From Candidatus Amphirhobacter sp. (GTDB lineage Bacteria > Pseudomonadota > Gammaproteobacteria > Tethybacterales > Tethybacteraceae): a stretch of 64,000 nucleotides of DNA. The notes beneath the pieces were generated by a model that searched no databases, had not been told where the DNA came from, and worked only from the letters and a program-made list of their open reading frames with translations. Positions 1 through 12,679 of this stretch are shown piece after piece. Within the stretch, counting starts at the first letter, position 1. Every line of letters begins with the position of its first letter. The stretch is from positions 1,447,243-1,511,242 of the forward strand of contig OZ244940.1 of the NCBI GenBank assembly GCA_965222035.1. Direction: 5' to 3'. A program made the position numbers and the translations under genes.

Positions 1-1695
<1,695 letters not shown>

Positions 1696-1714
1696 GGTTT
1701 GGTCCTTCGTGTTG

Positions 1715-2347
1715 TTAGTTGCCCGATGCAGGGCTGGGTTTTTCTTGCTTGTCCCCAGCGTCCTGTTGTTGGGATTGTTTGCTTACGACGACCTTGGCCG
1801 CGCGGATGATGCGCTCTGTGCCGCCGAGATTGTGCCGGTAGCCAACTTCGACCACGCGCACGACTTTGTTCGCCTCCAGGCTCGGATGCTCCTCTTGGAC
1901 GAGGGCCTCGTGGCAATTGACATCGAGGCTGTCACCTTCCTTAGGGCTGATCTGCTCGATGCCGTACTGGCCGAGCAGCCTTTTGAAATCCTGCAAGATC
2001 AAGGCAATGCCGTCCTTGAACGCATTGACATTGTCGGTGTTGGTCTCATAAGCGCGCTCGAGGTTCTCTTGGATCGGCAAGAAATCCACGATGACACTCT
2101 CGACGCCGCGCTGCAGTTCCTTTTGCTTGTCCTTCTCGAGGCGCTTGACCGTGTTGAGCTTGTCCGCCGCGGCGTACTTCAGCTTGTCCTCTAGCTCCTT
2201 GATAGTTTGCTGGAGCTTCTCGGTCCCGTTGCTGGCTTGGTCGGCTGGCTGGGCCTCGGCTGCCGGCTTGGCGCTCTCATCCTTGGCTGGGCTGTCAGCA
2301 GCCGCAGCCTGATCCGGCTTGTTTTCCTGTTGATTTTCGTCGTTCAT
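1715..2347 (-). CDS. grpE: Nucleotide exchange factor GrpE
   Basis: Acidic N-terminus, coiled coil, [18 protein letters not shown]...IRAAKVVV; directly upstream of dnaK. Confidence 0.95.
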   Translation of the reverse strand: MNDENQQENKPDQAAAADSPAKDESAKPAAEAQPADQASNGTEKLQQTIKELEDKLKYAAADKLNTVKRLEKDKQKELQRGVESVIVDFLPIQENLERAYETNTDNVNAFKDGIALILQDFKRLLGQYGIEQISPKEGDSLDVNCHEALVQEEHPSLEANKVVRVVEVGYRHNLGGTERIIRAAKVVVSKQSQQQDAGDKQEKPSPASGN

Positions 2348-2369
2348 AGAGATATTTGAACTAGTCCTG

Positions 2370-2403
2370 TTATATAAGCTTGCTTGGGCGTACTTTCAAG
2401 GGT
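2370..2403 (-). promoter_or_regulatory. Putative sigma-32 heat-shock promoter of grpE-dnaK
   Basis: Minus strand CCCTTGAAA-~14 nt-GCTTATATA resembles the RpoH consensus CTTGAAA...CCCCATAT; -10 is imperfect. Confidence 0.55.
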
Positions 2404-2441
2404 TTGCGGGGATTAGCGCAGAAAGAGGTTTAATGGTCCAG

Positions 2442-3641
2442 CTAGGTGATAATTAGCACCCGATGGAGCTTTTTTCCCACTTGGACCTCTATTTTCTCGC
2501 CCTTTTTGCGAATTTCTTCCTCGGTTATGGTTTTGCCATCGATTTTGATGCCGCCCTGCTGGTAGAGCCGGCGGCAATACGAGGCGGATTTTACTATTTC
2601 AGCCTTCTTCAGCAGGGATGACAGAGGTTCAGAGCCCCCTTCGGCAACCACGCTCACTTCCTCGATATCGCTCGCCTGGACGTTGCGCTCCTGGAACTTC
2701 TGCCGGAACAGGCGCTCCGCCTCCTTAGCGGCCGCGGTGCTGTGGAAGCGCTCGGTCAGCTCAAAGGCCAGGTCGGCCTTGGCCTGCATCGCGGCCTTGC
2801 CGCTGCTGGCTGACTTCTTGAGCGCGGCTAGCTTGGCGGCGCTGATGAGCGACAGCAGCTCATAGTAGTGCCACATGCGATCGTCGGACAAAGACATGAG
2901 CTTGGCGTAGATTTCCGCGGCCGGCTCGGTGATGCCGATGTGGTTGCCAGCGCTCTTCGACATTTTCAATTCGCCTCGCATGCCAAGGAGCAGAGGCACC
3001 GTCAGGATGCTCTGCGGCCGGAGCTTGCGGCGCTGCTGCATGTCGCGGCCAACGGTGAGGTTGAACAGCTGGTCGGTCCCGCCGAGCTCGACGTCGCTCT
3101 CAAGCGCCACTGAATCGTAACCCTGGACGAGCGGGTAGAGGAATTCGTGGATCGCGATGGGCTCTTTCTCTTTGTAGCGCTTGGCGAAGTCGCGCCGCTC
3201 GAGCATGCGGGCGACGGTGTGGGACTGCGCCAGCTCGATGAGGCCATCGGCGCCCAGCTTGCCCATCCACTCGCTGTTGCGCCGGACCTCGGTCTTGGAG
3301 CGATTGAGGATCTTGAAGGCCTGGTCGGTGTAGGTCTTGGCGTTGCGCTCAATGGTTGCCGCATCGACATTAGGCCGGGTCGCGTTCTGGCCGGTTGGAT
3401 CGCCAATCAGGGCGGTGAAATCACCGATGAGGAAGATGACGTCGTGCCCCAGGTCCTGGAACTGCCGCATCTTGGTGAACAGCACCGTGTGGCCCAGATG
3501 CAGATCCGGCGAGGTCGGATCGAAGCCGACCTTGATGCGCAATGGGCGTTTTTCGCCCAGGCGTTTTTTGAGTTCGCCTTCTTCGATGATGTCGACGGCG
3601 CCGCGGGAAAGCTCCTTGAGCTGGCTGCTAGCCGGCTTCAT
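2442..3641 (-). CDS. tyrS: Tyrosine--tRNA ligase
   Basis: [13 protein letters not shown] (HIGH), [19 protein letters not shown]-terminal S4 domain; start placed at MKPASS (3641). Confidence 0.97.
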   Translation of the reverse strand: MKPASSQLKELSRGAVDIIEEGELKKRLGEKRPLRIKVGFDPTSPDLHLGHTVLFTKMRQFQDLGHDVIFLIGDFTALIGDPTGQNATRPNVDAATIERNAKTYTDQAFKILNRSKTEVRRNSEWMGKLGADGLIELAQSHTVARMLERRDFAKRYKEKEPIAIHEFLYPLVQGYDSVALESDVELGGTDQLFNLTVGRDMQQRRKLRPQSILTVPLLLGMRGELKMSKSAGNHIGITEPAAEIYAKLMSLSDDRMWHYYELLSLISAAKLAALKKSASSGKAAMQAKADLAFELTERFHSTAAAKEAERLFRQKFQERNVQASDIEEVSVVAEGGSEPLSSLLKKAEIVKSASYCRRLYQQGGIKIDGKTITEEEIRKKGEKIEVQVGKKLHRVLIIT

Positions 3642-6291
3642 TATTCCTCTTTTTCTTTTTTGCAGCAGTAGTGTCCCAGTGTTTCTTGCGGCACAGCCCC
3701 CCGTACTCGCAGTATTGGCAGACACTCTGCACGCCGTTGGCGGGCAGAAGCTTCTTCTTGCTTCCTAGAGCCTCGTCGAAAATTTTCTTGTAGTGCTTAA
3801 ATACTTCTTGCGGCGCTTCGGCAAGCATGTTTTCCTTAGGCACAACAGATACGTTATTCTCGCCTTTTTCCAGGGACAGTACCCAGAACTTAGTGTGCGC
3901 CGCATCAATCTTTTCTTGGGACTCGTAAAGTTTCATGTAAAGGGGCAACTGCGGGTAGGTGGTGTAGTCCTTGTAGTTGTCCGGTTTGCCGGTTTTGACA
4001 TCTATGACTGCATAGCTCTCGCCGTAGCAATCTATTCGGTCAGCCTTGCCAGTGATCTTTATTTTTATGTTCTTGCCGACGCATAGTTCTCCTTCTAGCG
4101 AGACTTCTGCTTTGTCTATCTTGCCTCCTTCACAGAACAGTTTCTTGATCTCAGCAACATAGGCTTCAAGATAGTGCTCGAACTCCCAAGCGAAGTAACG
4201 TCTTTCAGCCTCGGTCATGTCGCTGCCCTTGGATTTCTTGCTGTTTCTGCCAACCCTAGCTTCATTCAGAATGCCCTTGAGCTGCTTTCTTGCTTCATTC
4301 GGGCCCGGAAATCCATCCTGCAATTGCGTGTGGAACTCCTCCAGGATTTCATGAACAAAAGTGCCATACTTATTCCGCTGTCCTATTGAGGCGGGAGAGT
4401 CCTTGCCTAGTCTGAGAACGTAGCCCGCATGGTATTTGTAAGGGCACTTAAGCAGCTCCACGCAGGCCGACACGCTGATTTTCTCAGGCGGTTCCTGCAA
4501 CTTGACTTTGTGCACAAACTCTTCCTCTGGATCGCTCTCTTTCTCAGGCGGTTCCGGCGACTTAGCTTTGTGCGCAAGCTCTTTCTTTGAATCATCCTCT
4601 TGCCAAGGGGACCGCAAGCGCCTCAGCAATTTGGTTTCCTCACTCATGAGATCGATGTATGGACTGATGCCAGCCTGGCCGTGCCAAACTGCGCCAACAT
4701 CAATCTTGTCGGAGTTGCCCAGCAGAAGTGCTGTCGATTTGCGCCGTTTTTCGATTTGCTTCTCTAGTGTAGGCAGATGCAGTCTCTCGCGCACATCATT
4801 GCTGAAGAGTTGCGGTGCTCGAGATGAGGGCAGGGTGTCAGCGTCGGCGCCAGCCAGCAACATCGCTTTGAATTTCCTAGTGGTGAAACGTCCCGGGGGT
4901 ACCAGCTGCACCCGACTGTCGTTGTTAGAGGAATTCAGGTCGATGGAAGACAACGAATCGAAGAGCAGGCGACGCACCTCACCGACTGCAAAATTTTCTT
5001 CCTCCAACCCCTCAAGTCCGGCAAACTCGTCAGCAAGCATGCGAAGCAGCGGGCGGAGGTCTTTGGCCGCGGCATCCTGCTCGAAGAATTCCTGAAAGAA
5101 GCCGGTCTCCGCCTCGTCGGCCATCATATCAAACCATTTACTAATGCTACGTCCAGACTCAAAGTGTTTGTCTTTGATGAATTTTCCCAAGATGTTGTTA
5201 AGATCGTACATTTGCTGCAGGTCCTGCTCTGTTTTGCCTTTAGCAAGGTCGCGTGGCAAGCGGGCCCAACTATTGTCTTGCTTGCGTACGATGACGTTTT
5301 GAAGCTTTGAGATTACCTCCCTCTTGGGGGTACCGGAAACTAGCGCCAGTAAAGCTTTGCCTACGAGCAGGTTGTTGGCCGGCCAGCCTTTGGTTTCCTG
5401 CAGGAAGATATCTTCCTGCATTAGCAAAGAATTCAGGCGCCGAACTAGAGCTCGGTCATAATCAATGATGCCAATGATGTCATCATCTTCCTTATGCTTA
5501 TGCAACCACTGGAGTAGCATCTTTCGCGAGGCCAGGGCAGCTTCTTCAAGTGTTTGTGCCTCATAAGCTAGCAACTGTCCTTCCTCCGGTGGCTTGCCGC
5601 CCTCGCTCCAGCAATTTTCCAACTCCTTGGCTTTGCCGCTGAGCTCGGCTTCCAAGACACAGGCGGGAACACCTTGGTCCGCTGCGTAGCGCAGAAAAAC
5701 CATAATTTGCTCATCGGGTTCGCCCCAGTGCAGATAGGCGACCGGAGTATTAGATGATTTCAGTTTGTCAGCGTACTTTTTGAGACGTTCGGCGCGGTCG
5801 TTGTGTCTCTTCTCCATACATGTTTCCCATATGTGCCGCACAAAGCACAGCTCTGCTTGATAGATACCGATGTCGATGTCACTTCTCTCCGGCATCCCTT
5901 TCCCTGTCTGTCCTATCTCAAGCACGATGTCGCGAAACAAGGAGGCGCTGGCGAAAGAAAACTTGATTTTCCCCTGCTGGTTCCGAAGCGCAGAATAAAT
6001 TTGCACCAACAGGCGCATGCTGGCTACGTTCTTGGCCAGCAGGTAGTTGTCGTTGACGTAGGTCAAAGCTGCCAGGGAAATGTCCTGATCGTAATCAGCG
6101 GCGGCCAGCAGACCGCCAGCAAGCACTAGGGAGGTGCCCAGGCGCTTCTTTAGATGCTTGGCCACCTCTTGTCTGTCGTAGCTGTCGGAGATAATAGCCA
6201 AGGGCCGCTCGCCTCCATTGCTGTCGAGGAATGCCGCCATCTCTTCGATAGCTTTTTCAGCAGGGAGCGGATTGTGTTCTTCCAGGGCCAT
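3628..6291 (-). CDS. AddB-like protein with C-terminal PD-(D/E)XK nuclease and Fe-S cysteines
   Basis: [51 protein letters not shown]; N-terminal inactive helicase-like region is divergent. Confidence 0.8.
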   Translation of the reverse strand: MALEEHNPLPAEKAIEEMAAFLDSNGGERPLAIISDSYDRQEVAKHLKKRLGTSLVLAGGLLAAADYDQDISLAALTYVNDNYLLAKNVASMRLLVQIYSALRNQQGKIKFSFASASLFRDIVLEIGQTGKGMPERSDIDIGIYQAELCFVRHIWETCMEKRHNDRAERLKKYADKLKSSNTPVAYLHWGEPDEQIMVFLRYAADQGVPACVLEAELSGKAKELENCWSEGGKPPEEGQLLAYEAQTLEEAALASRKMLLQWLHKHKEDDDIIGIIDYDRALVRRLNSLLMQEDIFLQETKGWPANNLLVGKALLALVSGTPKREVISKLQNVIVRKQDNSWARLPRDLAKGKTEQDLQQMYDLNNILGKFIKDKHFESGRSISKWFDMMADEAETGFFQEFFEQDAAAKDLRPLLRMLADEFAGLEGLEEENFAVGEVRRLLFDSLSSIDLNSSNNDSRVQLVPPGRFTTRKFKAMLLAGADADTLPSSRAPQLFSNDVRERLHLPTLEKQIEKRRKSTALLLGNSDKIDVGAVWHGQAGISPYIDLMSEETKLLRRLRSPWQEDDSKKELAHKAKSPEPPEKESDPEEEFVHKVKLQEPPEKISVSACVELLKCPYKYHAGYVLRLGKDSPASIGQRNKYGTFVHEILEEFHTQLQDGFPGPNEARKQLKGILNEARVGRNSKKSKGSDMTEAERRYFAWEFEHYLEAYVAEIKKLFCEGGKIDKAEVSLEGELCVGKNIKIKITGKADRIDCYGESYAVIDVKTGKPDNYKDYTTYPQLPLYMKLYESQEKIDAAHTKFWVLSLEKGENNVSVVPKENMLAEAPQEVFKHYKKIFDEALGSKKKLLPANGVQSVCQYCEYGGLCRKKHWDTTAAKKKKRNNEAG

Positions 6292-6293
6292 GC

Positions 6294-6620
6294 CTACTTC
6301 TCCTCGATCAACTTGGTCTTGTCCGGCTTGTTGGCCCACTCGTCAGCGTCGGGCGGCGCCGGCTTCTGCGCCAGGATCACCGGCCAGACCCGCGCGTATT
6401 TCTCGTTGAGCGCGAAGTAGGGCTGCTGCTGCTCCGGGACGTCGTCCTCATGGTAGATGGCGTCCACCGGGCACTCAGGCACGCACAGCGCGCAGTCGAT
6501 GCATTCTTCCGGATTGATCACCAGCATGTTGGGCCCCTCATGAAAGCAGTCCACCGGGCAAACCTCCACGCAGTCCGTGTACTTGCAGCGGACGCATTGC
6601 TCGGTTACTACGTAGGTCAT
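6294..6620 (-). CDS. fdxA: 7Fe ferredoxin FdxA
   Basis: [26 protein letters not shown]...[12 protein letters not shown]. Confidence 0.96.
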   Translation of the reverse strand: MTYVVTEQCVRCKYTDCVEVCPVDCFHEGPNMLVINPEECIDCALCVPECPVDAIYHEDDVPEQQQPYFALNEKYARVWPVILAQKPAPPDADEWANKPDKTKLIEEK

Positions 6621-6660
6621 GGGAGCGGATAAAGAGTTGATTCTACGCGCGAGACCGGCC

Positions 6661-7377
6661 TCAGGCGCCGATGCGCTCCATCTCGGCGCTGATCCAGGCC
6701 TCGGCCTCGCTGGTGATGTCGCGGGCGCGGCGCCCGGCGGTCGCGATGGGCGGGCCCACCGAGACGGTGATGGTGCCCGCGCGCTTGTCCAGGCCCCCGA
6801 TGCCGCCCGGCCAGCAACGCCCGCTGTTGAGGGCGACCGGTACCAGCGGGACCCCGGCCTCGCTGGCCAACAGCGCCGCGCTGGGCTGGAACGGAGCCCG
6901 CTCGCCCGCCGGCGTGCGCGTCCCCTGCGGGAAGACCACCACTAGCAAGCCGCGCTCCATCTTTTCCCGGCCGCGCGCCATCACCTGGCGCAGCGCTTCC
7001 ATCTTGGCGCTGCGGTCGATAGGAATCGGCTCCATCGCCAGGTACAAACCCCAGCCGAAGAAGGGAATCAACAGCAGGCTGCGCTTGACGACGAAGGAAG
7101 CGCGCGGGAACAGCTGGTAAAAGGCGATGGTCTCCCAGGCGGACTGGTGGTTCGAGCAGATCACATACGGCGGCGGCGGCAGCTGCTCCTCGCCCCGCAG
7201 CTCATGCCGGATGCCGCAGCACAGCCGCAGCAGCAGCACCGTCAGGCGGTTCCACTGGCCGATGATGTGATAGCGCCACAAGCGCGGCAGCCAGCAGGTC
7301 AGGATGGCGACGAATGAGAAGGGCGGCGTGATGACCGCCAGCCCCAGCAGGAACAGCGACGCGCGCAGCGCGGTCAC
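6661..7377 (-). CDS. plsC: 1-acyl-sn-glycerol-3-phosphate acyltransferase
   Basis: [31 protein letters not shown] motifs. Confidence 0.9.
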   Translation of the reverse strand: MTALRASLFLLGLAVITPPFSFVAILTCWLPRLWRYHIIGQWNRLTVLLLRLCCGIRHELRGEEQLPPPPYVICSNHQSAWETIAFYQLFPRASFVVKRSLLLIPFFGWGLYLAMEPIPIDRSAKMEALRQVMARGREKMERGLLVVVFPQGTRTPAGERAPFQPSAALLASEAGVPLVPVALNSGRCWPGGIGGLDKRAGTITVSVGPPIATAGRRARDITSEAEAWISAEMERIGA

Positions 7378-7411
7378 GCTTGTGGTTCCCGGTACGCCCG
7401 GGCGACGGCTG

Positions 7412-8398
7412 CTATGCTTGCCCGGCCGCTTCTTTCTCCATCATTTCGGCGGCGTTCGAGAAGGAGACGGGCGTCCAGTCCTCGCGGTCGCCCTGCAGCA
7501 CGCGCTGGAGGCGCTCCCAGTCGCGGCTGTTGACCAGCAGGCCCACATGCTGCTTCTGGACCTCTTCCAGGCCATCGCGCTTCTTGGGCGTGTACATCTG
7601 CCCGAGCTCTTCCTTCTCCATGTCGAAGATCCGCTTCTGGAAGGTTGCGAACTGGTCGTTGGCCAGGTTGGGGTCCTTGATCTTGATCTTGAAGCGCATC
7701 AGGTTGAGCGCCTGCCGCGCCAGGGTCTCGACGGTCGAATCGCAGCCTTCGCCGGGTACGCGCTCGATGATGCTGTCGATCTCCGGGAAGAAGGCCCGGA
7801 ACAGCTTGTGGGCGACGTCCCGCGTCAGGGCGCCCTGGCCGATCGAGACCAGCCGGGCCATGGCTTCCTCGCGCTCCTCCGGCGTGGACAGGCTCACGGC
7901 GTCGTCCTTGTTGATCTGGTTGGCCGGCGCGGCGCCCGGCTCCGGCGCTTGGGACACCGGATCGGGGATGGGATCGGATTCGGCGCCGCTGTCGTCCGGC
8001 ATATGCAGCTTCTTGGCCGGCGCCGGCGCCGCGGCCTTTTTCTCCGGCGTGTGGAAATCAGGCTCCTTGACCTTCTTGGCGGCCTTCTCCGCGAGTTCTT
8101 TCAGCTTCTTCTCTTCGGCCTTCTTGGCGGCCTCTTTCTTGCGCTGCCGGTCGCGCGCGGCCTTCTCTGCCCGCGACAGGCGCGGCCAGGTCAGGATGGC
8201 GAGGATGAGCAAGGTGCCTGCGCCAATCAGAGCCCCCTGGGTTAGGTTGACGATGATGCTCGTCAACGGTATCTCCATCAGCGGCGTGTTTGGAGTGTAA
8301 GGAGCGTTGTATTTGTTGAAGATGATGCCGGCCAGCAAGAGCGCGCCCACGCAGCCAAGGGCGAACAGGATGGCGAGGATTTTGCGAACGATTTTCAT
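7412..8398 (-). CDS. Hypothetical membrane-anchored protein
   Basis: Two N-terminal hydrophobic segments, Lys/Ala-rich then Pro-rich linker, globular C-terminus; host-like codon usage. Confidence 0.7.
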   Translation of the reverse strand: MKIVRKILAILFALGCVGALLLAGIIFNKYNAPYTPNTPLMEIPLTSIIVNLTQGALIGAGTLLILAILTWPRLSRAEKAARDRQRKKEAAKKAEEKKLKELAEKAAKKVKEPDFHTPEKKAAAPAPAKKLHMPDDSGAESDPIPDPVSQAPEPGAAPANQINKDDAVSLSTPEEREEAMARLVSIGQGALTRDVAHKLFRAFFPEIDSIIERVPGEGCDSTVETLARQALNLMRFKIKIKDPNLANDQFATFQKRIFDMEKEELGQMYTPKKRDGLEEVQKQHVGLLVNSRDWERLQRVLQGDREDWTPVSFSNAAEMMEKEAAGQA

Positions 8399-8433
8399 GG
8401 CGACGGATCGATGCGGCGAACCCTTATTTTAAA

Positions 8434-8712
8434 CTAAACGCCAGGCGGCGGCTGCCGGAATCGCAGCCGGCCGATGGGCAGCAGCAGCACCGCCAGGGCC
8501 AGGAACAGCACCGCCAGCAGCAGCGAGCTCAGGTAGTGGGGCAGCCCGAACAGGCTGCGGCTGAAGGCATGGGCGGCGTCGACGCCCCAGATCTTGTAGG
8601 AGACGTAAGCCAGGCAGGCTCCCAGCAGCTGGCAGACCGCGCTGGCGACGAAGCGCAGGGGCCGGATGATGGTCCCCAGCTGTACGGCGCGCTGGCCTGC
8701 GAACAGTCCCAT
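8434..8712 (-). CDS. Small hypothetical membrane protein (92 aa)
   Basis: 3' end of the 8434..10032 frame, MGLFAGQ...; two TM-like segments; TGcTACAAT -10 just upstream. Confidence 0.55.
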   Translation of the reverse strand: MGLFAGQRAVQLGTIIRPLRFVASAVCQLLGACLAYVSYKIWGVDAAHAFSRSLFGLPHYLSSLLLAVLFLALAVLLLPIGRLRFRQPPPGV

Positions 8713-8838
8713 TTCATGATTGTAGCACGTCCCCGCTAAAAAACGGCACAGCCCCTGGTGCGGTTTTCGGGGTATGAAACCGCCCCTCCGCAGGCAAGAA
8801 TCGCTTTCGCCGATTGGACCAGCCGAGGAGGGATAACC

Positions 8839-9552
8839 ATGCAGCTCATCTACATCACCGACAAGGACGCCGAGCAGCGTCACTACACCGCTCGCGACCG
8901 CCGCCAGGAGTGCCCGCCGAACGACATCGAGCCCATGCTGCTCGCCCTGCTGCGCGGCGGCAAGGACTTCATCCTGCGCGACGCCGGCGCGCCGCCGCCG
9001 CCGCGCCGGGGTTCGCTCGCCGGCGTCGACCGCTACAGCGTCGCGGTCGAGCAGGCCCGCCAGCAGCTGCGGGCCCAGCGCCAGGCCGCGGCCGCCGAGG
9101 TCCGCGACCTGGCCGCCGACGGCGACGTCCAGGTGGCGGTCGCGCTGGCGACCATCTATTTCAGCGGCGGCAGCGCCGCGCCGCGCGAGGTCGACTACGT
9201 CGCCCACATCGAGGAACGCTGCCGCCTGGCGGACAAGCTGGTGCTGGTGGGCTACACCGATCCGCTGTGCTCCATGGGCGACAGCGAGGAGCTCGCCTAC
9301 CGGCGGGCCTGCGAGGTGCGCACGACGCTGGATGCGGCGATCGACATCCCGATGGTCGCGATCGCCCGGCCGCTGTGCCGCTACGCCCCGACCGACTGCG
9401 CCAGCCGCCGGGTCGAGGTCGCCTGCCTGTACTGCAGCGCCGCCGTCGAGAGCCAGGCCCAGGCCTTGGGCTACGGCCTGGAAGCCGATGGCGATTTCGA
9501 ATGCGAGGCGCGCGTCGCGATCGCGACGACGCCCGACATCTCCACCCACTAA
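8839..9552 (+). CDS. OmpA-family peptidoglycan-binding domain protein, first gene of tra operon
   Basis: RBS GAGGAGG before ATG 8839; IYF...VLVGYTD...ELAYRRA.EV...SRRVEV match the OmpA C-terminal pattern. Confidence 0.7.
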   Translation: MQLIYITDKDAEQRHYTARDRRQECPPNDIEPMLLALLRGGKDFILRDAGAPPPPRRGSLAGVDRYSVAVEQARQQLRAQRQAAAAEVRDLAADGDVQVAVALATIYFSGGSAAPREVDYVAHIEERCRLADKLVLVGYTDPLCSMGDSEELAYRRACEVRTTLDAAIDIPMVAIARPLCRYAPTDCASRRVEVACLYCSAAVESQAQALGYGLEADGDFECEARVAIATTPDISTH

Positions 9553-9571
9553 TCCACCGGAGGACCTGACC

Positions 9572-9865
9572 ATGCTCAAACACACCCTGCGCCTGTCTGC
9601 GGCGCTCACCATCATGCTGCTGCTCGGGGCCGCGGCCCATGCCGGCGGCGGCGGCGACACCACCTTCGCCAACGTGGTCACCCAGCTCACCAACTGGGCG
9701 ACCGGCGGCCTCGGCCAGACCATCTCGCTGTCGGCGGTGATCATCGGCGGCATCGTCTCGGTGGTGCGCTCCAACCCGATGCCGATCCTGTCGGGGATCG
9801 CCTTTGCGATGATCCTCAACTTCACGCCGGCCATCGTCACCAACCTCTTGACCGCGACGCTGTAG
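9572..9865 (+). CDS. traA: Conjugative pilin TraA (SXT/IncC-like)
   Basis: GGAGG RBS, signal peptide ending AHA, DTTF...W.TG.LG, hydrophobic segments, C-terminal ATL; precedes traL. Confidence 0.85.
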   Translation: MLKHTLRLSAALTIMLLLGAAAHAGGGGDTTFANVVTQLTNWATGGLGQTISLSAVIIGGIVSVVRSNPMPILSGIAFAMILNFTPAIVTNLLTATL

Positions 9866-9868
9866 GCG

Positions 9869-10159
9869 ATGGAGCGCATCGAGTGGCAGGTGCCGCTGCA
9901 CCTGGACGAGTCGCCGCGGCTGCTGTTCCTGGACATGGGCCAGCTCAGCGTACTGCTGCTGGCGCTGGGCCTGGGCATCGCCCTCAACGCCATGCTGATG
10001 GGCATGGCGGTCGGCCTGGTCCTCGCCCGCATCCAGGGCGCCCTGGCCGCCGGCCGGCACCCGCGCTTTCTGATGCACGTGGCCTACTGGCATCTGCCGG
10101 GCTGGGTGCTCAGCCTGCGGCGCTCGCCGCCTTCCTGCCTGCGGCTGTTCGTCGGCTGA
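9869..10159 (+). CDS. traL: F-type T4SS protein TraL
   Basis: VPLHLDESPRLLF...HVAYWHLP...PPS.LR.F; position. Confidence 0.9.
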   Translation: MERIEWQVPLHLDESPRLLFLDMGQLSVLLLALGLGIALNAMLMGMAVGLVLARIQGALAAGRHPRFLMHVAYWHLPGWVLSLRRSPPSCLRLFVG

Positions 10160-10164
10160 TCGCT

Positions 10165-10749
10165 ATGGATGCCGCGACGCGTACGCGCTCGGTCCGCAGC
10201 CTGCGGCGCGAGGCGCTGTTCTTCCGGCTGCTGGCCCTGACGCTGGCGGCGGCGGTGCTGCTGCTGGCGCTCGCGCTCGGCAGCGCGGGGTTGCGGCCGA
10301 CGCAGACGGTGGTGGTCCCGCCGGCGGTCACCGAGGAGTTCTGGGTACGGCGCGAGGCGGTCTCACCCAGCTATTACGCCCAGTGGGGGCACTACATCGC
10401 CATGCTGGTGCTGAACGTCACGCCCGAGAGCGCCGCGCATCAAAACGCCATGCTGCTGGAGCAGGTCGCGCCGCGGCACCGCGCCGCCATGCGCGCGCGG
10501 CTGCAGGCGGCCGCCGCGCATCTGGCGGCCGAGCGCTTGAGCACCAGCTTCGCGGTCAGCGACGTGCACGTCGATCCGGAGCGCTCGGCGGCGGCCTTCG
10601 CCGGTACCCTGAGCAGCTACGTCGAGGGCCGCGAGGTCGAGCGCCGCTCCGCGGCCTATCGCGCGGTCTTCGAAGTGCTGGACGCTCGCCTGCTGCTGCT
10701 GGAGTTCAGCGAGACCAAGCTCGATGACGTCTTCGTCCCGCTCGGCTGA
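10165..10749 (+). CDS. traE: F-type T4SS protein TraE
   Basis: TM then TVVVPP...FWV...VS.SY...LNVTP; position after traL. Confidence 0.9.
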   Translation: MDAATRTRSVRSLRREALFFRLLALTLAAAVLLLALALGSAGLRPTQTVVVPPAVTEEFWVRREAVSPSYYAQWGHYIAMLVLNVTPESAAHQNAMLLEQVAPRHRAAMRARLQAAAAHLAAERLSTSFAVSDVHVDPERSAAAFAGTLSSYVEGREVERRSAAYRAVFEVLDARLLLLEFSETKLDDVFVPLG

Positions 10750-10750
10750 G

Positions 10751-11446
10751 ATGAAGCGGTTGCTGCTGCTGTCGTTGCTGCTGCTGCCGCCGCGCGCGGC
10801 GGCGGGCGCCGCCCTCGAGACGGTCGCGGCCGTGGACGGCGCGGTGGTGCGGGTCGCGGCCGACGCGCCCAACCTGCTGGAGGCCGCTGCCGGCCGCATC
10901 GCCGCCTTTGTGTTCGCCGAGGGTCAGTTCACCCACACCATCGACGCCGACGCCGGCGTGGTCTATTTCCGCCCGCTGGGCTTTGAGCCGCGCTCGGGCT
11001 TCATCGAGATTGCCGCCGCCGACGGCGAGCGCCGCCGGGTCGCGCTCACCATCGTCCCCGATGCCGAGCAGGTGGCCAAGCGCATCGTTTTAGGGAGTCC
11101 GACCGCAACCCCCGCGGGACTGCCCGCCAGCGCGGGCCATGTCGCGGCGCTGAAAAGCTTTTTGCGGGAGTTGCTCGCGCGCCAGGGCAGCATGGCGCCG
11201 CCGCCGGTACCGGCGGTGCTCACCGTCGGCGAGATGGTCCTGCGCAGCCGCGGCGACTGGAGCCAGCATGGCTTCGTTGGCGAGATCTACCAACTGAGCA
11301 ACGAGGGCGTCGTGTCCTATGACCTGCGCGAGCACGAGCTCGCGCATGGAGCCGGCGTGTTGGCGATTGCGGCCCAGGATGCGACGGTCCCGCCGCAGGG
11401 ATCGACCTGGCTATACATCATCCGGGAAGCGGCGGCTAGCCGATGA
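10751..11446 (+). CDS. traK: F-type T4SS protein TraK
   Basis: Signal peptide, D...G.VYF.P, C-terminal Y.L.N...L.E...VLAIA...T.LYII; between traE and traB. Confidence 0.8.
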   Translation: MKRLLLLSLLLLPPRAAAGAALETVAAVDGAVVRVAADAPNLLEAAAGRIAAFVFAEGQFTHTIDADAGVVYFRPLGFEPRSGFIEIAAADGERRRVALTIVPDAEQVAKRIVLGSPTATPAGLPASAGHVAALKSFLRELLARQGSMAPPPVPAVLTVGEMVLRSRGDWSQHGFVGEIYQLSNEGVVSYDLREHELAHGAGVLAIAAQDATVPPQGSTWLYIIREAAASR

Positions 11447-12678
11447 AACAATCGAGCGAGCAGGCCGCGCCGCGGGCCGATGTCAACCGCCAGGCGCGCC
11501 GCCGCCAGCATGCCTTGCTGTATGCCGGCGTGGCATTGGTCGCCGCGCTCGCTTTGCTGATGTCGCTCGCCCGCGGGCGCGACGCGGCGCCGGAGCGGCA
11601 GTTGCCGCGGCTCGCGGCGCCGGGCGCGGACGTCGATGCCGGGACGCTGTGGCGCGAGAGCGCCGAGCAGGACATCCGCCAGCTCGCCGAGAGCGAGCGG
11701 CTGCTGCGCGAGAGCATGGACAGCATGGAAGCGCGGCTCGCGGACATGGCGGACAGCATCGATTCGCTGCGCGCGGCCACCGAGGAGAACGCCTTCGAGT
11801 ACGAGTTGCTGCAGCTCGCGCCGCCGCCGGATGTCCTGCCGCAGCCTGAGCCGCTGCTCGCCGAGCAGCCCGATCCATTCGCGGACGCCTTGCCGCCGGA
11901 CCCGCCTGCGCCGCCGCGCGGCATCAGCCTGCTCAAGGTGGAGGCGACCGTCTCAATCACTAGTACGCTGGCGTCGTCACCACCGCGGCCGCTCGAATCC
12001 CCGCCGGTGCAACAATCGGAGGACTACATCCCGGGCGGCTCGTTCATGCGCGCGGTGATCCTCGGCGGCATCGACGCGCCCACCGGCAACATCGCGCGCG
12101 ACAATCCCCATCCGGTCCTGCTGCGGGTCGCCGATCATGCGCGCTTGCCCAGCCTGGCGCGCAAGGACCTGCGCGAATGCTTGGTGCTGGCCGCCGGCTA
12201 CGGCGACATCGCCAGCGAGCGCGCCCTGCTGCGGACCGAGCGCATGAGCTGCCAGCGGCCGGACCGCAGCTTCTTCGACGCGCCCATCCGCGGCTTCGTC
12301 GTCGGCGAGGACGGTAGGGCTGGTTTGCGCGGTAGGCTGGTAACCAAGCAGGGGCAAGTACTGCAGCAGGCGCTGCTCGCTGGCATCGGCGCCGGTTTCG
12401 GCGATGTGTTCCAAAAGCGTTATGCCGACCAGATTAATACCCGCAACTTGCATCAAGCCAATCAAAGTGGAACCGTGACAGTGGAAGGCAACGACTTCGG
12501 CGATTACGCCACCGCCAGCATCGCGACCGGCGCAAGTACCGCGCTGGGCCGCTTGGCCGATTACTACCTGCGGATGGCCGACCGCATCCATCCGATCATC
12601 GAGATCGGCGCCGGGCGCACCGTCGACATCGTGCTGCAAGAAGGCGTCGACCTCAACGCCGGACATGCGGAGCGCTGA
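11443..12678 (+). CDS. traB: F-type T4SS protein TraB (VirB10-like)
   Basis: TM, coiled coil, Pro-rich region, YIPGGSF.RAVILGGIDAP, GDIASERA, GEDGRAGLRG.LV, PIIEIGAGR. Confidence 0.93.
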   Translation: MKQSSEQAAPRADVNRQARRRQHALLYAGVALVAALALLMSLARGRDAAPERQLPRLAAPGADVDAGTLWRESAEQDIRQLAESERLLRESMDSMEARLADMADSIDSLRAATEENAFEYELLQLAPPPDVLPQPEPLLAEQPDPFADALPPDPPAPPRGISLLKVEATVSITSTLASSPPRPLESPPVQQSEDYIPGGSFMRAVILGGIDAPTGNIARDNPHPVLLRVADHARLPSLARKDLRECLVLAAGYGDIASERALLRTERMSCQRPDRSFFDAPIRGFVVGEDGRAGLRGRLVTKQGQVLQQALLAGIGAGFGDVFQKRYADQINTRNLHQANQSGTVTVEGNDFGDYATASIATGASTALGRLADYYLRMADRIHPIIEIGAGRTVDIVLQEGVDLNAGHAER

Positions 12679-12679
12679 G

